Shown one piece after another: positions 1 to 8,556 of a stretch of 64,000 bases of DNA. Positions within the stretch are counted from its first letter, which is position 1, and each line of letters begins with the position of its first letter. Both the position numbers and the translations under genes were made by a program. The notes under the pieces are model-generated. The model searched no databases, was not told where the DNA came from, and saw only the letters and a program-made list of their open reading frames with translations. The stretch covers positions 79,494 to 143,493 of the forward strand of contig JBIKLL010000002.1 of NCBI GenBank assembly GCA_044359815.1. The letters are read 5' to 3'. The DNA comes from Pseudobdellovibrionaceae bacterium (GTDB lineage: Bacteria; Bdellovibrionota; Bdellovibrionia; Bdellovibrionales; Bdellovibrionaceae).

Positions 1-159
1 CATCAAATCTTCGGCAAAAACATGGTTTTATACAGCCCATCATACGGAAAAATGGACGCAAGGTGGTTGGCAGAAAAAATTTTGCAGCAAAAATCAGAAG
101 CACGCTTGCAATTACAGCTACATAAATATATCTGGTGTTCTGAAACGCGCGGAGTTTGA
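1..159 (+). CDS. queE: 7-carboxy-7-deazaguanine synthase QueE, 3' end only
   Basis: Not in the ORF track. Frame 1 reads ...WLAEKILQQKSEARLQLQLHKYIWCSETRGV*, matching the typical QueE C-terminus (RLQLQLHKYIW...RGV). Confidence 0.8.
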   Translation, partial: HQIFGKNMVLYSPSYGKMDARWLAEKILQQKSEARLQLQLHKYIWCSETRGV

Positions 160-214
160 AATAGTGTCGCGTGAATCAAAACCAAAAATATAAACAATCT
201 GAAGCAGGAGAGCC

Positions 215-514
215 ATGACACCAAATCTAAACCACTCTGAAAATCTTTTCGTAGCAAATCTTCAATCGGTCAGCTTGGAAAAGCTGGTAAAGAGTAAGTT
301 AGAGGTTTTATTTCAACAACAACAAGAAGCTCAGGTTGAGCTTAATGGTTTGTACAACATAGTTCTTGAACAGGTTGAGCGCCCATTGCTGGAAATCGCT
401 TTACGGGCTTACAATGGCAATCAGGTTAAGACAGCTCAAATGCTTGGTATCAATCGCAACACACTTAAGAAGAAAATTGACAACTACAAGATCCGCGTAA
501 AGAAAATGAATTAA
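215..514 (+). CDS. fis: Fis-family helix-turn-helix DNA-binding protein
   Basis: LYNIVLEQVERPLL...GNQVKTAQMLGINRNTLKKKI is the Fis HTH signature; AGGAG RBS upstream. Confidence 0.85.
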   Translation: MTPNLNHSENLFVANLQSVSLEKLVKSKLEVLFQQQQEAQVELNGLYNIVLEQVERPLLEIALRAYNGNQVKTAQMLGINRNTLKKKIDNYKIRVKKMN

Positions 515-619
515 TTTATTAAGCGACTCCGGTTTTTACATCGGCGGGTGCTCCATGTGTTTTCAACTTGATTTGTCCCGCAAAAATTTGATTTTTGTTG
601 CTATTGATTAGAGGGGAAA

Positions 620-2035
620 ATGGCACAAAGGGTACCTCCACACAATCACGAGGCTGAACAAGCAATCTTGGGAAGCCTTCTCATTGAACAAAACGCTTGG
701 GATCAAGTCTCTGACAGCATCACTGCTGAAGATTTTTATCGTCCTGGTCACAACAAATTATACGCCACAATCAAAGAGCTTCATAACAAAGGTGAACCTG
801 TTGATTTAATCACGCTGACTAACCATTTGCAGTCTAAGGGTGAGTTGGATTCTGTGGGTGGGGCCGGTTATTTGGTTGAATTGGTCAACAAGACTATTTC
901 ATCAGCTAACATCATGTACTATGCAAAAATCGTCAAAAACAAATCCACTTTGCGAAGATTGATTTTCGAAAGCTCCAAATTGATCGAGAGGGCCTACAGC
1001 GAAGAGTTTGATGAAATCGATGTCTTCCTGGATGAAGCTGAAATGGCTTACTATAAGCTCAATGAGGGGCAACAAACACAGGGCCTAGTTGGCTCGATGG
1101 AAATCGTTAAAGCCAGTATCGTAAAAATCGAAGAACTTTATAAAAACAGATCCGAGATCACTGGAGTCCCAACGGGATTCGCTCAATTGGATCGAATGAC
1201 TTCAGGATTACAGGCTGGAGATTTTGTGATCGTAGCAGCCAGACCTTCCATGGGAAAAACCGCGTTCAGTTTGAATCTGGTGCAAAATATAATTGCCAAT
1301 CCCAAGATGACGGCAGCTTACTTTTCATTGGAAATGAGTCGTGAGGCCGTGATGATGAGGCTTCTGGCCGCTGAAGCCAATATTAATTTAAAAGACATTC
1401 GTTCAGGCAAGCTTAACGATTCTGCATGGCCAAAACTGATAGCTGGTGCCAGCAAGCTGAGCGAAGCAAAATTATTTATTGATGAATCGGCCGCGATCAG
1501 CCCTTTTGAAGTCCGATCAAAATGCCGCAGACTAAAGGCTCAACACGGTTTGGATATTATCATCATAGATTATTTGCAGATGATGGATTTGAAACAACGG
1601 GTGGAAAGCCGCGAAAGAGCAGTGTCTGAGATTTCCAGAACCCTGAAGGGCCTTGCTAAAGAACTTAAGATTCCTGTGGTGGCATTAGCCCAGCTTAATC
1701 GGGGAGTTGAAGGCCGTTCAGATCGCAGACCTATGCTTTCAGATTTACGGGAATCAGGATCGATTGAACAAGATGCTGACGTTATCATGATGCTCTATCG
1801 AGAAGATTATTACGATAAAGAATCGGCAGAAAAACAAGGTTTAGCAGAAGTCATCATTGGCAAACAAAGAAACGGTCCTACCGGCACCGTGAAATTAAAA
1901 TGGGAAGCTGAGTTTGGTCGATTCAGAGATGCTGACCCTGAGGGTTGGGCTCCGCCTCCGCCGCCTCCGCAACCACAATATGGTGGTGGCGGTGGATTCA
2001 AACCAAAAAACTTTGCCCCAGGCGCCGGCGCTTAA
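620..2035 (+). CDS. dnaB: replicative DNA helicase DnaB
   Basis: PPHNHEAEQAILG N-terminus, Walker A AARPSMGKT, DYLQ, DLRESGSIEQDAD, KQRNGPTG. Confidence 0.98.
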   Translation: MAQRVPPHNHEAEQAILGSLLIEQNAWDQVSDSITAEDFYRPGHNKLYATIKELHNKGEPVDLITLTNHLQSKGELDSVGGAGYLVELVNKTISSANIMYYAKIVKNKSTLRRLIFESSKLIERAYSEEFDEIDVFLDEAEMAYYKLNEGQQTQGLVGSMEIVKASIVKIEELYKNRSEITGVPTGFAQLDRMTSGLQAGDFVIVAARPSMGKTAFSLNLVQNIIANPKMTAAYFSLEMSREAVMMRLLAAEANINLKDIRSGKLNDSAWPKLIAGASKLSEAKLFIDESAAISPFEVRSKCRRLKAQHGLDIIIIDYLQMMDLKQRVESRERAVSEISRTLKGLAKELKIPVVALAQLNRGVEGRSDRRPMLSDLRESGSIEQDADVIMMLYREDYYDKESAEKQGLAEVIIGKQRNGPTGTVKLKWEAEFGRFRDADPEGWAPPPPPPQPQYGGGGGFKPKNFAPGAGA

Positions 2036-2046
2036 ATCTTTTTAAA

Positions 2047-2134
2047 TAGCTAGCCATTTTTTGTGTAGCCGAAAATAAATAATAAAATTCTAAATTCAAT
2101 TTTTATTTTCAGCGGCACAGAAAAGGGCTAGCTA
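2047..2134. repeat. imperfect long inverted repeat between convergent genes (possible bidirectional terminator)
   Basis: Arm 2047-2079 matches the reverse complement of 2102-2134 at 28/33 positions; 22-nt AT-rich loop. Confidence 0.8.
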
Positions 2135-2147
2135 GGATTTGTAGGTC

Positions 2148-2657
2148 CTATCGCATTGATAGGTTTTTACGATTTGATTTGATGCTGTCATCAGCCAATT
2201 CAACACCCAGATCCTTGAGTTTTTGTTTGATGGCTGTGTTTTTAGAACAAACACTTAAAATTGATTTTTTATTAATCTGAAATTGAGCTTCGTCGCCACC
2301 TTGAAAAGTAGTCGCAGCAGTCACGATATCAACCATAGCATCCAAATTGTTAATTGATTCATTTAATGTTGCATTGGCATCAGTAATATTTTTATTGGGC
2401 AGATAGTAGAAACCTTCTGATGAAAATATAGTTCTGGAGTTATCTTGCTTCATCAAATAGCCATCTACTGAAAACACAGGACCGTCTTTGCTGATCAAAT
2501 TAATTTTACCCTTCAAGTTTTCAGAATTTTCAGCGATAAAATTCAAACATTTAACCATGGACTTTTCATGGTCTTTTGCGGACTCTGTTGCCACTGCGAA
2601 AGCACTGGTTAATGAGGTCATTGCGAAAAGTGTGATTTTAAATATTTGTGTTTTCAT
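2148..2657 (-). CDS. secreted hypothetical protein
   Basis: Start revised to ATG 2657; MKTQIFKITLFAMTSLTSAFA is a Sec-type signal peptide; no recognisable domain. Confidence 0.7.
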   Translation of the reverse strand: MKTQIFKITLFAMTSLTSAFAVATESAKDHEKSMVKCLNFIAENSENLKGKINLISKDGPVFSVDGYLMKQDNSRTIFSSEGFYYLPNKNITDANATLNESINNLDAMVDIVTAATTFQGGDEAQFQINKKSILSVCSKNTAIKQKLKDLGVELADDSIKSNRKNLSMR

Positions 2658-2669
2658 ACCTTTTGTTAA

Positions 2670-2686
2670 TGCAATCTGTTTGCCAG
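2670..2686 (-). promoter_or_regulatory. sigma54 (RpoN) -24/-12 promoter
   Basis: Minus strand CTGGCAAACAGATTGCA has exact GG-N10-GC spacing (consensus TGGCAC-N5-TTGCW), 12 nt upstream of ATG 2657. Confidence 0.7.
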
Positions 2687-2805
2687 TCGAAATCAAAACC
2701 TTAGCCTAGGTTGATGTAAATATTGTTGCCAGATGTAGTTAAAAGACTGACACCTAGTCAATATGAGACAAACATTAAGTCCTGATTTTGACTGGGGATT
2801 AACCG

Positions 2806-2824
2806 ACGTCTCAGAATGAGACGT
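2806..2824. promoter_or_regulatory. palindromic transcription-factor site
   Basis: Perfect 8-3-8 dyad ACGTCTCA-GAA-TGAGACGT in a divergent intergenic region; degenerate copy at 2755-2769. Confidence 0.55.
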
Positions 2825-2851
2825 TATTTTAGTATAACAAAGGAGCCATGG

Positions 2852-3043
2852 ATGGCTGGTAAAGAGTTGGTAGATAAACTGATTGCTGCTTCGGGATTGC
2901 CTGAAAATACATTTAAAAAAATTCTGGCAGAGTATTTAAATAAAAAAGGTGTTCTTATGGAACACCTTACTTTGGATGATTTTAGAGAATTGGCAAAAGA
3001 ACTGCTTGATGAGGTTCTTTTATCCAAAGAACAGGCTCACTGA
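2852..3043 (+). CDS. small hypothetical protein
   Basis: AGGAG at 2841-2845 precedes ATG 2852; helical 63-aa product MAGKELVDKLIAASGLPE...; stop overlaps the rplI stop. Confidence 0.65.
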   Translation: MAGKELVDKLIAASGLPENTFKKILAEYLNKKGVLMEHLTLDDFRELAKELLDEVLLSKEQAH

Positions 3044-3483
3044 GCCCGTTCAACCACAACCTGAACTGTAGCTGTTTGACCTTCGCCAAATTTCACAGTT
3101 GCCTTATGAGTCCCTAAAACCTTGATCTGCTCATCTAAATGAATGTCTCTGCGATCAACAGAAAATCCAGCTTTTTCTAATTCCTTAGAAATATCAGCTG
3201 TTGTTACTGATCCGAATAATTTATCTGAATCTCCAGCAGACAATTTAAATTTAACGCTGACACCACCCATTTTATTAAGCAGTTCTTGTCTTTCGGCTAC
3301 GGCTTTTTTTCGTTTTGCTTCAGCAACGCGATTAAGGTGTTCATATTCCTTGACCCGTTTTTCTGTAGCTTCCACAGCCAATTTTCGAGGAAACAAAAAG
3401 TTTCTGGCAAACCCAGCTGCTACGGCAACCAAGTCTCCTACTTTTCCAACTTCCTTAACGTCCTTTTGTAAAATCACTTTCAT
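3037..3483 (-). CDS. rplI: 50S ribosomal protein L9
   Basis: MKVILQKDVKEVGKVGDLVAVAAGFARNFLFPRKLA; KLFGSVT. Confidence 0.98.
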   Translation of the reverse strand: MKVILQKDVKEVGKVGDLVAVAAGFARNFLFPRKLAVEATEKRVKEYEHLNRVAEAKRKKAVAERQELLNKMGGVSVKFKLSAGDSDKLFGSVTTADISKELEKAGFSVDRRDIHLDEQIKVLGTHKATVKFGEGQTATVQVVVERAQ

Positions 3484-3486
3484 AAT

Positions 3487-4389
3487 TTACCTCTTACTTT
3501 CCGAATGCGAGGCTCTAATCACGCCCCAACGTTTTCTAAAATCAATCCAGTAATCAATGACACCGATCAAAGCAATCACTGGAAAAAAGTTTCCTACTAT
3601 AAACACATAAAACACTGCTCTAAAAAATCCGCCCGTTCTGAGCCATGCTAAAAACCACTCTGACACCGCAATGCCTTGAAAAAAATAAATCGCTGCCACG
3701 ATGTTAAATAAATTGGTCGCGGATATTGCCACATTAGGCGGAATGCCCTTAAAAAAGCTCAAGAAAAAACTGATTAACACCAGAAATATAAAAAAATCTG
3801 GCGCTTTAAATTGTATCAGTTGTTCCTTCATAATGTTTCTGGGATACAAAGTCCCCATAACCTTGCACAAACGCGGGGTCATAATTTCTGCTGTCACTAA
3901 CGATATTCCAATCAAAATACATAAAAATGACCACAATTGCTGTGATAAAACAGTGATAGTCATTTCGATGCTCTCGATATTTTTGGGATTATTTGTTGGT
4001 AAAAATTGTTTTACCAATTCACCCACTGTTTGATGCAAATTGCTGCCAATGGATTTAACTCCCAAAAACAGTGACACATAAGCAATCGAACCTAAAACAA
4101 GACTGACCAGTAATGTATTTATCAAAATACCCATTCTGAATCTAACACTCAGTTCACGGTGCAAATAAACCGCAGCCCACATTACAATCGTAACTCCAGC
4201 CAGTGGATACAATTTCAAATACAGTAAAAAAGAAGAAATAATTGCGCCAGCAAACAAATATCCAGCGGAACCATAGGTTTCACGTAACAAACGTAAAAAA
4301 GGTGTTCCTAAAAACACAAATACGTTTGTTAAAAACGCTCCTAGTACGGATAAGGTAGCATAATTAAATGCTTCTTTGAGGCTCTTCAT
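3487..4389 (-). CDS. DUF2232/YybS-like polytopic membrane protein
   Basis: Many hydrophobic segments, YFFQGIAV and GVIDYWIDFRKR motifs, usual position between rpsF and rplI. Confidence 0.75.
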   Translation of the reverse strand: MKSLKEAFNYATLSVLGAFLTNVFVFLGTPFLRLLRETYGSAGYLFAGAIISSFLLYLKLYPLAGVTIVMWAAVYLHRELSVRFRMGILINTLLVSLVLGSIAYVSLFLGVKSIGSNLHQTVGELVKQFLPTNNPKNIESIEMTITVLSQQLWSFLCILIGISLVTAEIMTPRLCKVMGTLYPRNIMKEQLIQFKAPDFFIFLVLISFFLSFFKGIPPNVAISATNLFNIVAAIYFFQGIAVSEWFLAWLRTGGFFRAVFYVFIVGNFFPVIALIGVIDYWIDFRKRWGVIRASHSESKR

Positions 4390-4395
4390 TAAATA

Positions 4396-4836
4396 TTACA
4401 TTCCTGAATGGGCAGCTGCCATTGCTTGTCGTTTAGCAAGAGCTTTAGCTTCACGTTCTTTTTCACGTTGAGCTGTGTCTTGAAGACCCTTTTTGTACGA
4501 TTCAACAAATTTTGATAATGGAATCCTGTTGTCCAAGCGTGTGTGCATAAAGCGCAAAACCTTGTCGTTGATTCTCATGATCCTTTCAAGCTCGGTTACA
4601 GCGCCAGAAGAAGCCTGAAATGTAGAGTGAAAATAAATTCCCTTTTTGCTTTTTTCAATGGGGTTCATCAAATTTCTCTTACCCCAAGTTTCCAAAGTAT
4701 TAATAGACCCGCCAAAAGATTTGATAGTGTCTTGGTTTTTTCTGAAAATGTTTTTTTGCTCGTCCAAAGTTGCATCAGGGTGCAAGATCACTACAACTTC
4801 ATAATTATTTAAAACGACTTCGGCGTTTTTGCTCAT
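4396..4836 (-). CDS. rpsF: 30S ribosomal protein S6
   Basis: YEVVVILHPD, WGKRNLMNPIEK, ELERIMRINDKVLRFM. Confidence 0.96.
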   Translation of the reverse strand: MSKNAEVVLNNYEVVVILHPDATLDEQKNIFRKNQDTIKSFGGSINTLETWGKRNLMNPIEKSKKGIYFHSTFQASSGAVTELERIMRINDKVLRFMHTRLDNRIPLSKFVESYKKGLQDTAQREKEREAKALAKRQAMAAAHSGM

Positions 4837-4842
4837 TAGGTT

Positions 4843-4887
4843 TCCTTTCGGTTAAAACCGGTCTTTGTATTGTAAGGCCAGTAAGGA
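4843..4887 (-). promoter_or_regulatory. rpsF leader RNA resembling the S6:S18-binding autoregulatory element
   Basis: Minus strand UCCUU-ACUGGCCUU-loop-AAGACCGGU-UUUAACCGA-AAGGA: the lower stem pairs with the SD and the 3' bulge carries CCG. Confidence 0.65.
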
Positions 4888-4963
4888 TGGTTATTTAATT
4901 TGAGGCTAGTTACCATGGACCAGGACTATTCTCAAGGAACTAATCAGATTATTATTTGATAAT

Positions 4964-5662
4964 ATGGCACTTTTTTTAGAAATCGTAGAGGGCCCAAATA
5001 GGGGGTCACAACACCGCCTGAAAAGGGGATTTAAGATAGGCAGGACACAGGGTGATATCCAAATCCCTGATCCAAAAATATCCAGTGTTCACGCCGAGAT
5101 AAGGCAATCCGCCGATGGCTTATTGGCCATTCATGACTTGCAGTCTTCCAATGGAATCAGGCTCAACGGTCGTAAAGTAGCCAGTTTAAATCTGATTCCA
5201 GGATCTGTGTTTTCAATAGGAAAAACTGTGGTCCTTGTAGTTGAAAAAGCCCCAACAGGGGCTCCAAAAGTCATCGAAAATACCGTACAAAAAACCTGGA
5301 TTGAAGACCTAAAGATTTTATTAAAAAAATCTAAAATCAGAAATGAAGAATCCAAAGAACGAGTCCATGCATTTAATCCGCCCCTTGTAGTGCAATTTGT
5401 GATGGGCCCACAGGCAGATCATAAAATGATGTTAGGGTTTGGCCCCAGAAAATTTGGATTTGGCTCAATGGATTGCGAATTGCTGGATCCTGCAGCGCCT
5501 TTTGAAAGCTTTGAAATCGTACCCACGGAAACAGGTGCCATGATCAAATCCAATGACAACGCCGTGCTTTTGAATGAAAAAAGTTTTCAACAGGAGTATC
5601 TTCGCCCTGGTGACGAAATTAAAGTTGGGCAAACCGTTATAAGGATACTTGAGCATAAATGA
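4964..5662 (+). CDS. tandem FHA-domain protein
   Basis: IGRTQGDIQIPDPKISSVHA...DLQSSNGIRLNG (canonical FHA) plus a degenerate second FHA ending LRPGDEIKVGQTVI. Confidence 0.85.
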   Translation: MALFLEIVEGPNRGSQHRLKRGFKIGRTQGDIQIPDPKISSVHAEIRQSADGLLAIHDLQSSNGIRLNGRKVASLNLIPGSVFSIGKTVVLVVEKAPTGAPKVIENTVQKTWIEDLKILLKKSKIRNEESKERVHAFNPPLVVQFVMGPQADHKMMLGFGPRKFGFGSMDCELLDPAAPFESFEIVPTETGAMIKSNDNAVLLNEKSFQQEYLRPGDEIKVGQTVIRILEHK

Positions 5663-6534
5663 CAAAAACAATTCCCGTCCAATCAGGACAATTTAAAAGT
5701 TTTGATGATTGTTCCATTTTCTACGAAGTCCGCGGCGAAGGTGAACCTGTCGTGTTTATCTATGGTATCGCTTGTTTAATTAATCATTGGCATCATCAAC
5801 TGGATTATTTTTCCAAAGGATACCAAGCAATTTCTTATGATCTGAGGGGACACCACAAAAGTTTTAATAAAAACACCAAAGTTGATTACTCTTTGATGGC
5901 CTTGGCACATGACCTGCCTTATTTGTTAAGAGAACTGGGATTGAAACAAGCACATTTTGTTGTTCATTCATTTGGTGGACAGATTGCACTGAGGGCCTAC
6001 GATGAGTTTCCTGAAATTTTTAAGAGCTTAACTTTGATCAACGGATTTGCGTCAAATCCCATCAAGGGAATGTTTGGATTAAACCTTGCTGAACCATTGT
6101 TTCAAATTATCAAAGAAATTCATTCTCTGAGTCCCAACGAAATTTCAAAGATTTGGAAAGGCGCTATCGACAATCCATTGTCTATGTGGCTGTCTGGGGT
6201 TTTAGGTGGCTTTAATCTGAAGCTGACTGATTTTAAAGACATTGAGATTTACGCAAAAGGTGTTTCAAATATTTCTCTGGATGTGTTGATTCCATTTTTT
6301 GAGGACATGATGAAGTACGACGGCACTGCCGCTGCCAAGAAAGTTAATGTTCCCACACTGATAATCAGTGGAGATCGGGATTTAGTGACGCCCATAAAGT
6401 TTCAGCACAATTTGCATAAAATGATTAAAAACTCGGAGCTGTTTATTGTTCCTTATGGCTCCCATTGCACTCAGCTGGATTTTCCTGAATATACAAATTT
6501 TAAAATTGATAATTTTATAAAAAAAGGCTCGTAG
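5659..6534 (+). CDS. alpha/beta-fold hydrolase
   Basis: YDLRGH, VHSFGG nucleophile elbow, PTLIISGDRD, GSH; ATGA overlap with the FHA gene. Confidence 0.9.
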   Translation: MTKTIPVQSGQFKSFDDCSIFYEVRGEGEPVVFIYGIACLINHWHHQLDYFSKGYQAISYDLRGHHKSFNKNTKVDYSLMALAHDLPYLLRELGLKQAHFVVHSFGGQIALRAYDEFPEIFKSLTLINGFASNPIKGMFGLNLAEPLFQIIKEIHSLSPNEISKIWKGAIDNPLSMWLSGVLGGFNLKLTDFKDIEIYAKGVSNISLDVLIPFFEDMMKYDGTAAAKKVNVPTLIISGDRDLVTPIKFQHNLHKMIKNSELFIVPYGSHCTQLDFPEYTNFKIDNFIKKGS

Positions 6535-6551
6535 TTGTACGAGCCTTTTTT
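6520..6551. terminator. bidirectional intrinsic terminator
   Basis: AAAAAAGGCTCGTA-gttg-TACGAGCCTTTTTT, a 14-bp stem with A/T tracts between convergent genes. Confidence 0.85.
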
Positions 6552-6571
6552 GAATTGCTTATGATTTTTAT

Positions 6572-8215
6572 TTATCTGAAAGCTATTTTGCTGACATCAA
6601 AACCATAACCCTGGATTGAATCATCTGAAGTGAAAACTATCTTAACATAGCTTCCTTTAAAAACTGGTGAAAAACTATCATCATTTTCGCCGTGCATTTG
6701 TCCTAATAAATTTCCGGCCTCGTCATAGAAGCTTACGAAATCATAATTTTTTTCAGTCTGAAATCTGGAAAAATAAATTGAAATTTCAGTAGCTCCTGGT
6801 ACCGACAGCTCAAATGTCTGACTGGTTTTAGCTAAGTAAGGATGGGCCGTAGAGGCAACCTGTTCAACGGTTTGCCAGTTGGCTGGATCATTAAGATCAG
6901 GCTGTGGTGCTTGATTCATCAAAGCCGCATAGGCATCAACAATTCCGCCAGACAGTACACGTCTTTTGATTGTGCTGAGGGGCCTAGCTGTGCTGACGAT
7001 TCTGTTTTTAATATCAACTGCTGTTAAAGCTGAATCATAGGCCAACATCAACGCTGCTACACCAGAAACATGTGGAGTCGCCATCGAAGTCCCTGACCAT
7101 GAATCATATTTGCCTTCGTTTACTGAAGAAAACACTTTCACCCCAGGTGCTGCCACGTGAACTGATCTTTTACCGAAGTTGGAAAAATTGGCCAGATCAC
7201 CTTTGTTATCAATAGCTGCTACTGAAATGACGTTTGCAACATCGTAGGACGCTGGATAACCAGGAATAATATCGTTGTTAGATGAATTATTTCCGGCTGC
7301 AGCGACAAACAACGTTCCTGCGGCGTTTGATCGTTCAATGGCTTCTTTCAGTAACTGCGATTCACCGCCACCGCCCCATGAGTTGCTCAAGACCTTTGCG
7401 TTCATTTTGACGGCATAATCAATTGCTTTGATTGCGCCCTCCAAGGTTCCGCTGCCATCACCATTTAAAAATTTAACACCCATGATTTTTACGTTCCAAT
7501 TAACTCCTACGATGCCAGCGGCGTCTCCACCTTTTGCACCAATAGTACCTGAACAATGCGATCCATGTCCGTGATCATCAAATGGATCCCCGTCACCGGT
7601 GTCGCTTGAAAAATCATATCCGTGAATGTCATCAACAAAACCATTTCCGTCGTCATCAACACCAGGTTGACCAACAAGTTCAGCAGAATTGGTCCAAACG
7701 TTTTCCCTCAGGTCAGGGTGGTTGTAATCAATCCCTGTATCGATCACTGCTACCAAGACATCGCTTGAACCTGTAGTCAGATCCCAGGCTTTTTCAACAT
7801 TGATATCCACACCTTCGGTACCGTTTTGGACTCCATCGGTCTGGCCAACATTTTTTAATCCCCACAATTTTGAATAATCAGGATCATTAGGTACAGCGTT
7901 GGTTCTGTATATATAGTTTGGTTCAACCAGCAAAACATTTTTATTTTGCTTGAGTGCACTCATCGCATAACTGGACAATTCAATCTTAGGTCGCTGAACC
8001 ACCAAAATATTTCTGCCAGGAATGACTGATTTAATCATCGAATTAATTTCAGGTGCAAAAGCCCCAGAAGTTACATTTGTGATTGGCCCCTTAAGCTTCA
8101 CCAAGTATTCACCGGGAACTGCTTCGGGCTCATATTTCGCTATTGCATTTAAAGAAAACAAAACTAAAGCATAGCTCCCCAGTCTTGTCCATTTGATACG
8201 TCCTTGTTGTTTCAT
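6572..8215 (-). CDS. secreted subtilisin-family (S8) serine protease with C-terminal CUB-like domain
   Basis: Catalytic motifs VAVIDTG, HGSHCSG, GTSMATPHV; signal peptide; C-terminal FQTEKNYDFV...FTSDDSIQGYGF. Confidence 0.93.
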   Translation of the reverse strand: MKQQGRIKWTRLGSYALVLFSLNAIAKYEPEAVPGEYLVKLKGPITNVTSGAFAPEINSMIKSVIPGRNILVVQRPKIELSSYAMSALKQNKNVLLVEPNYIYRTNAVPNDPDYSKLWGLKNVGQTDGVQNGTEGVDINVEKAWDLTTGSSDVLVAVIDTGIDYNHPDLRENVWTNSAELVGQPGVDDDGNGFVDDIHGYDFSSDTGDGDPFDDHGHGSHCSGTIGAKGGDAAGIVGVNWNVKIMGVKFLNGDGSGTLEGAIKAIDYAVKMNAKVLSNSWGGGGESQLLKEAIERSNAAGTLFVAAAGNNSSNNDIIPGYPASYDVANVISVAAIDNKGDLANFSNFGKRSVHVAAPGVKVFSSVNEGKYDSWSGTSMATPHVSGVAALMLAYDSALTAVDIKNRIVSTARPLSTIKRRVLSGGIVDAYAALMNQAPQPDLNDPANWQTVEQVASTAHPYLAKTSQTFELSVPGATEISIYFSRFQTEKNYDFVSFYDEAGNLLGQMHGENDDSFSPVFKGSYVKIVFTSDDSIQGYGFDVSKIAFR

Positions 8216-8332
8216 CAATTCCCTCCATTGGAATTACCTCAAAATCGTATCAACCAAAATTATTCAGGGGCACTAATTAAAGGTCTAGATCAATTCTATT
8301 TTTTAATAGTAGAAATGATTTTTTAAAATGAA

Positions 8333-8530
8333 CTATGAGACTTTTTTTGACTGTTCAAAGTTAAATGACAGTTGTTCGGGACTTGAGTGTTCTTTTAATT
8401 TTTCAGAAGGGGTCTTTACCTCAACACCATAGGCTTGTTTGATTAAGTATTTGATAAAAGCTTCTTGGGTCGCAGTACTGGATCCAGGTTTAAACCCAGC
8501 TTCGCTCATAATTTCACCGACTTTTTTCAT
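8333..8530 (-). CDS. small hypothetical protein
   Basis: 65 aa, AAGGAA RBS, ends EQLSFNFEQSKKVS. Confidence 0.6.
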   Translation of the reverse strand: MKKVGEIMSEAGFKPGSSTATQEAFIKYLIKQAYGVEVKTPSEKLKEHSSPEQLSFNFEQSKKVS

Positions 8531-8556
8531 AACAAGTTCCTTTTTTGTGTATGAAG

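Noticed and set aside
68..85. sigma54-like TGGCA...TTGC upstream of fis
   Set aside because: Spacing is GG-N13-GC rather than N10, and it lies inside the queE coding sequence.
4276..4291. parS-like GGTTTCACGTAACAAA
   Set aside because: Only 12/16 to TGTTTCACGTGAAACA, with a broken right half-site.
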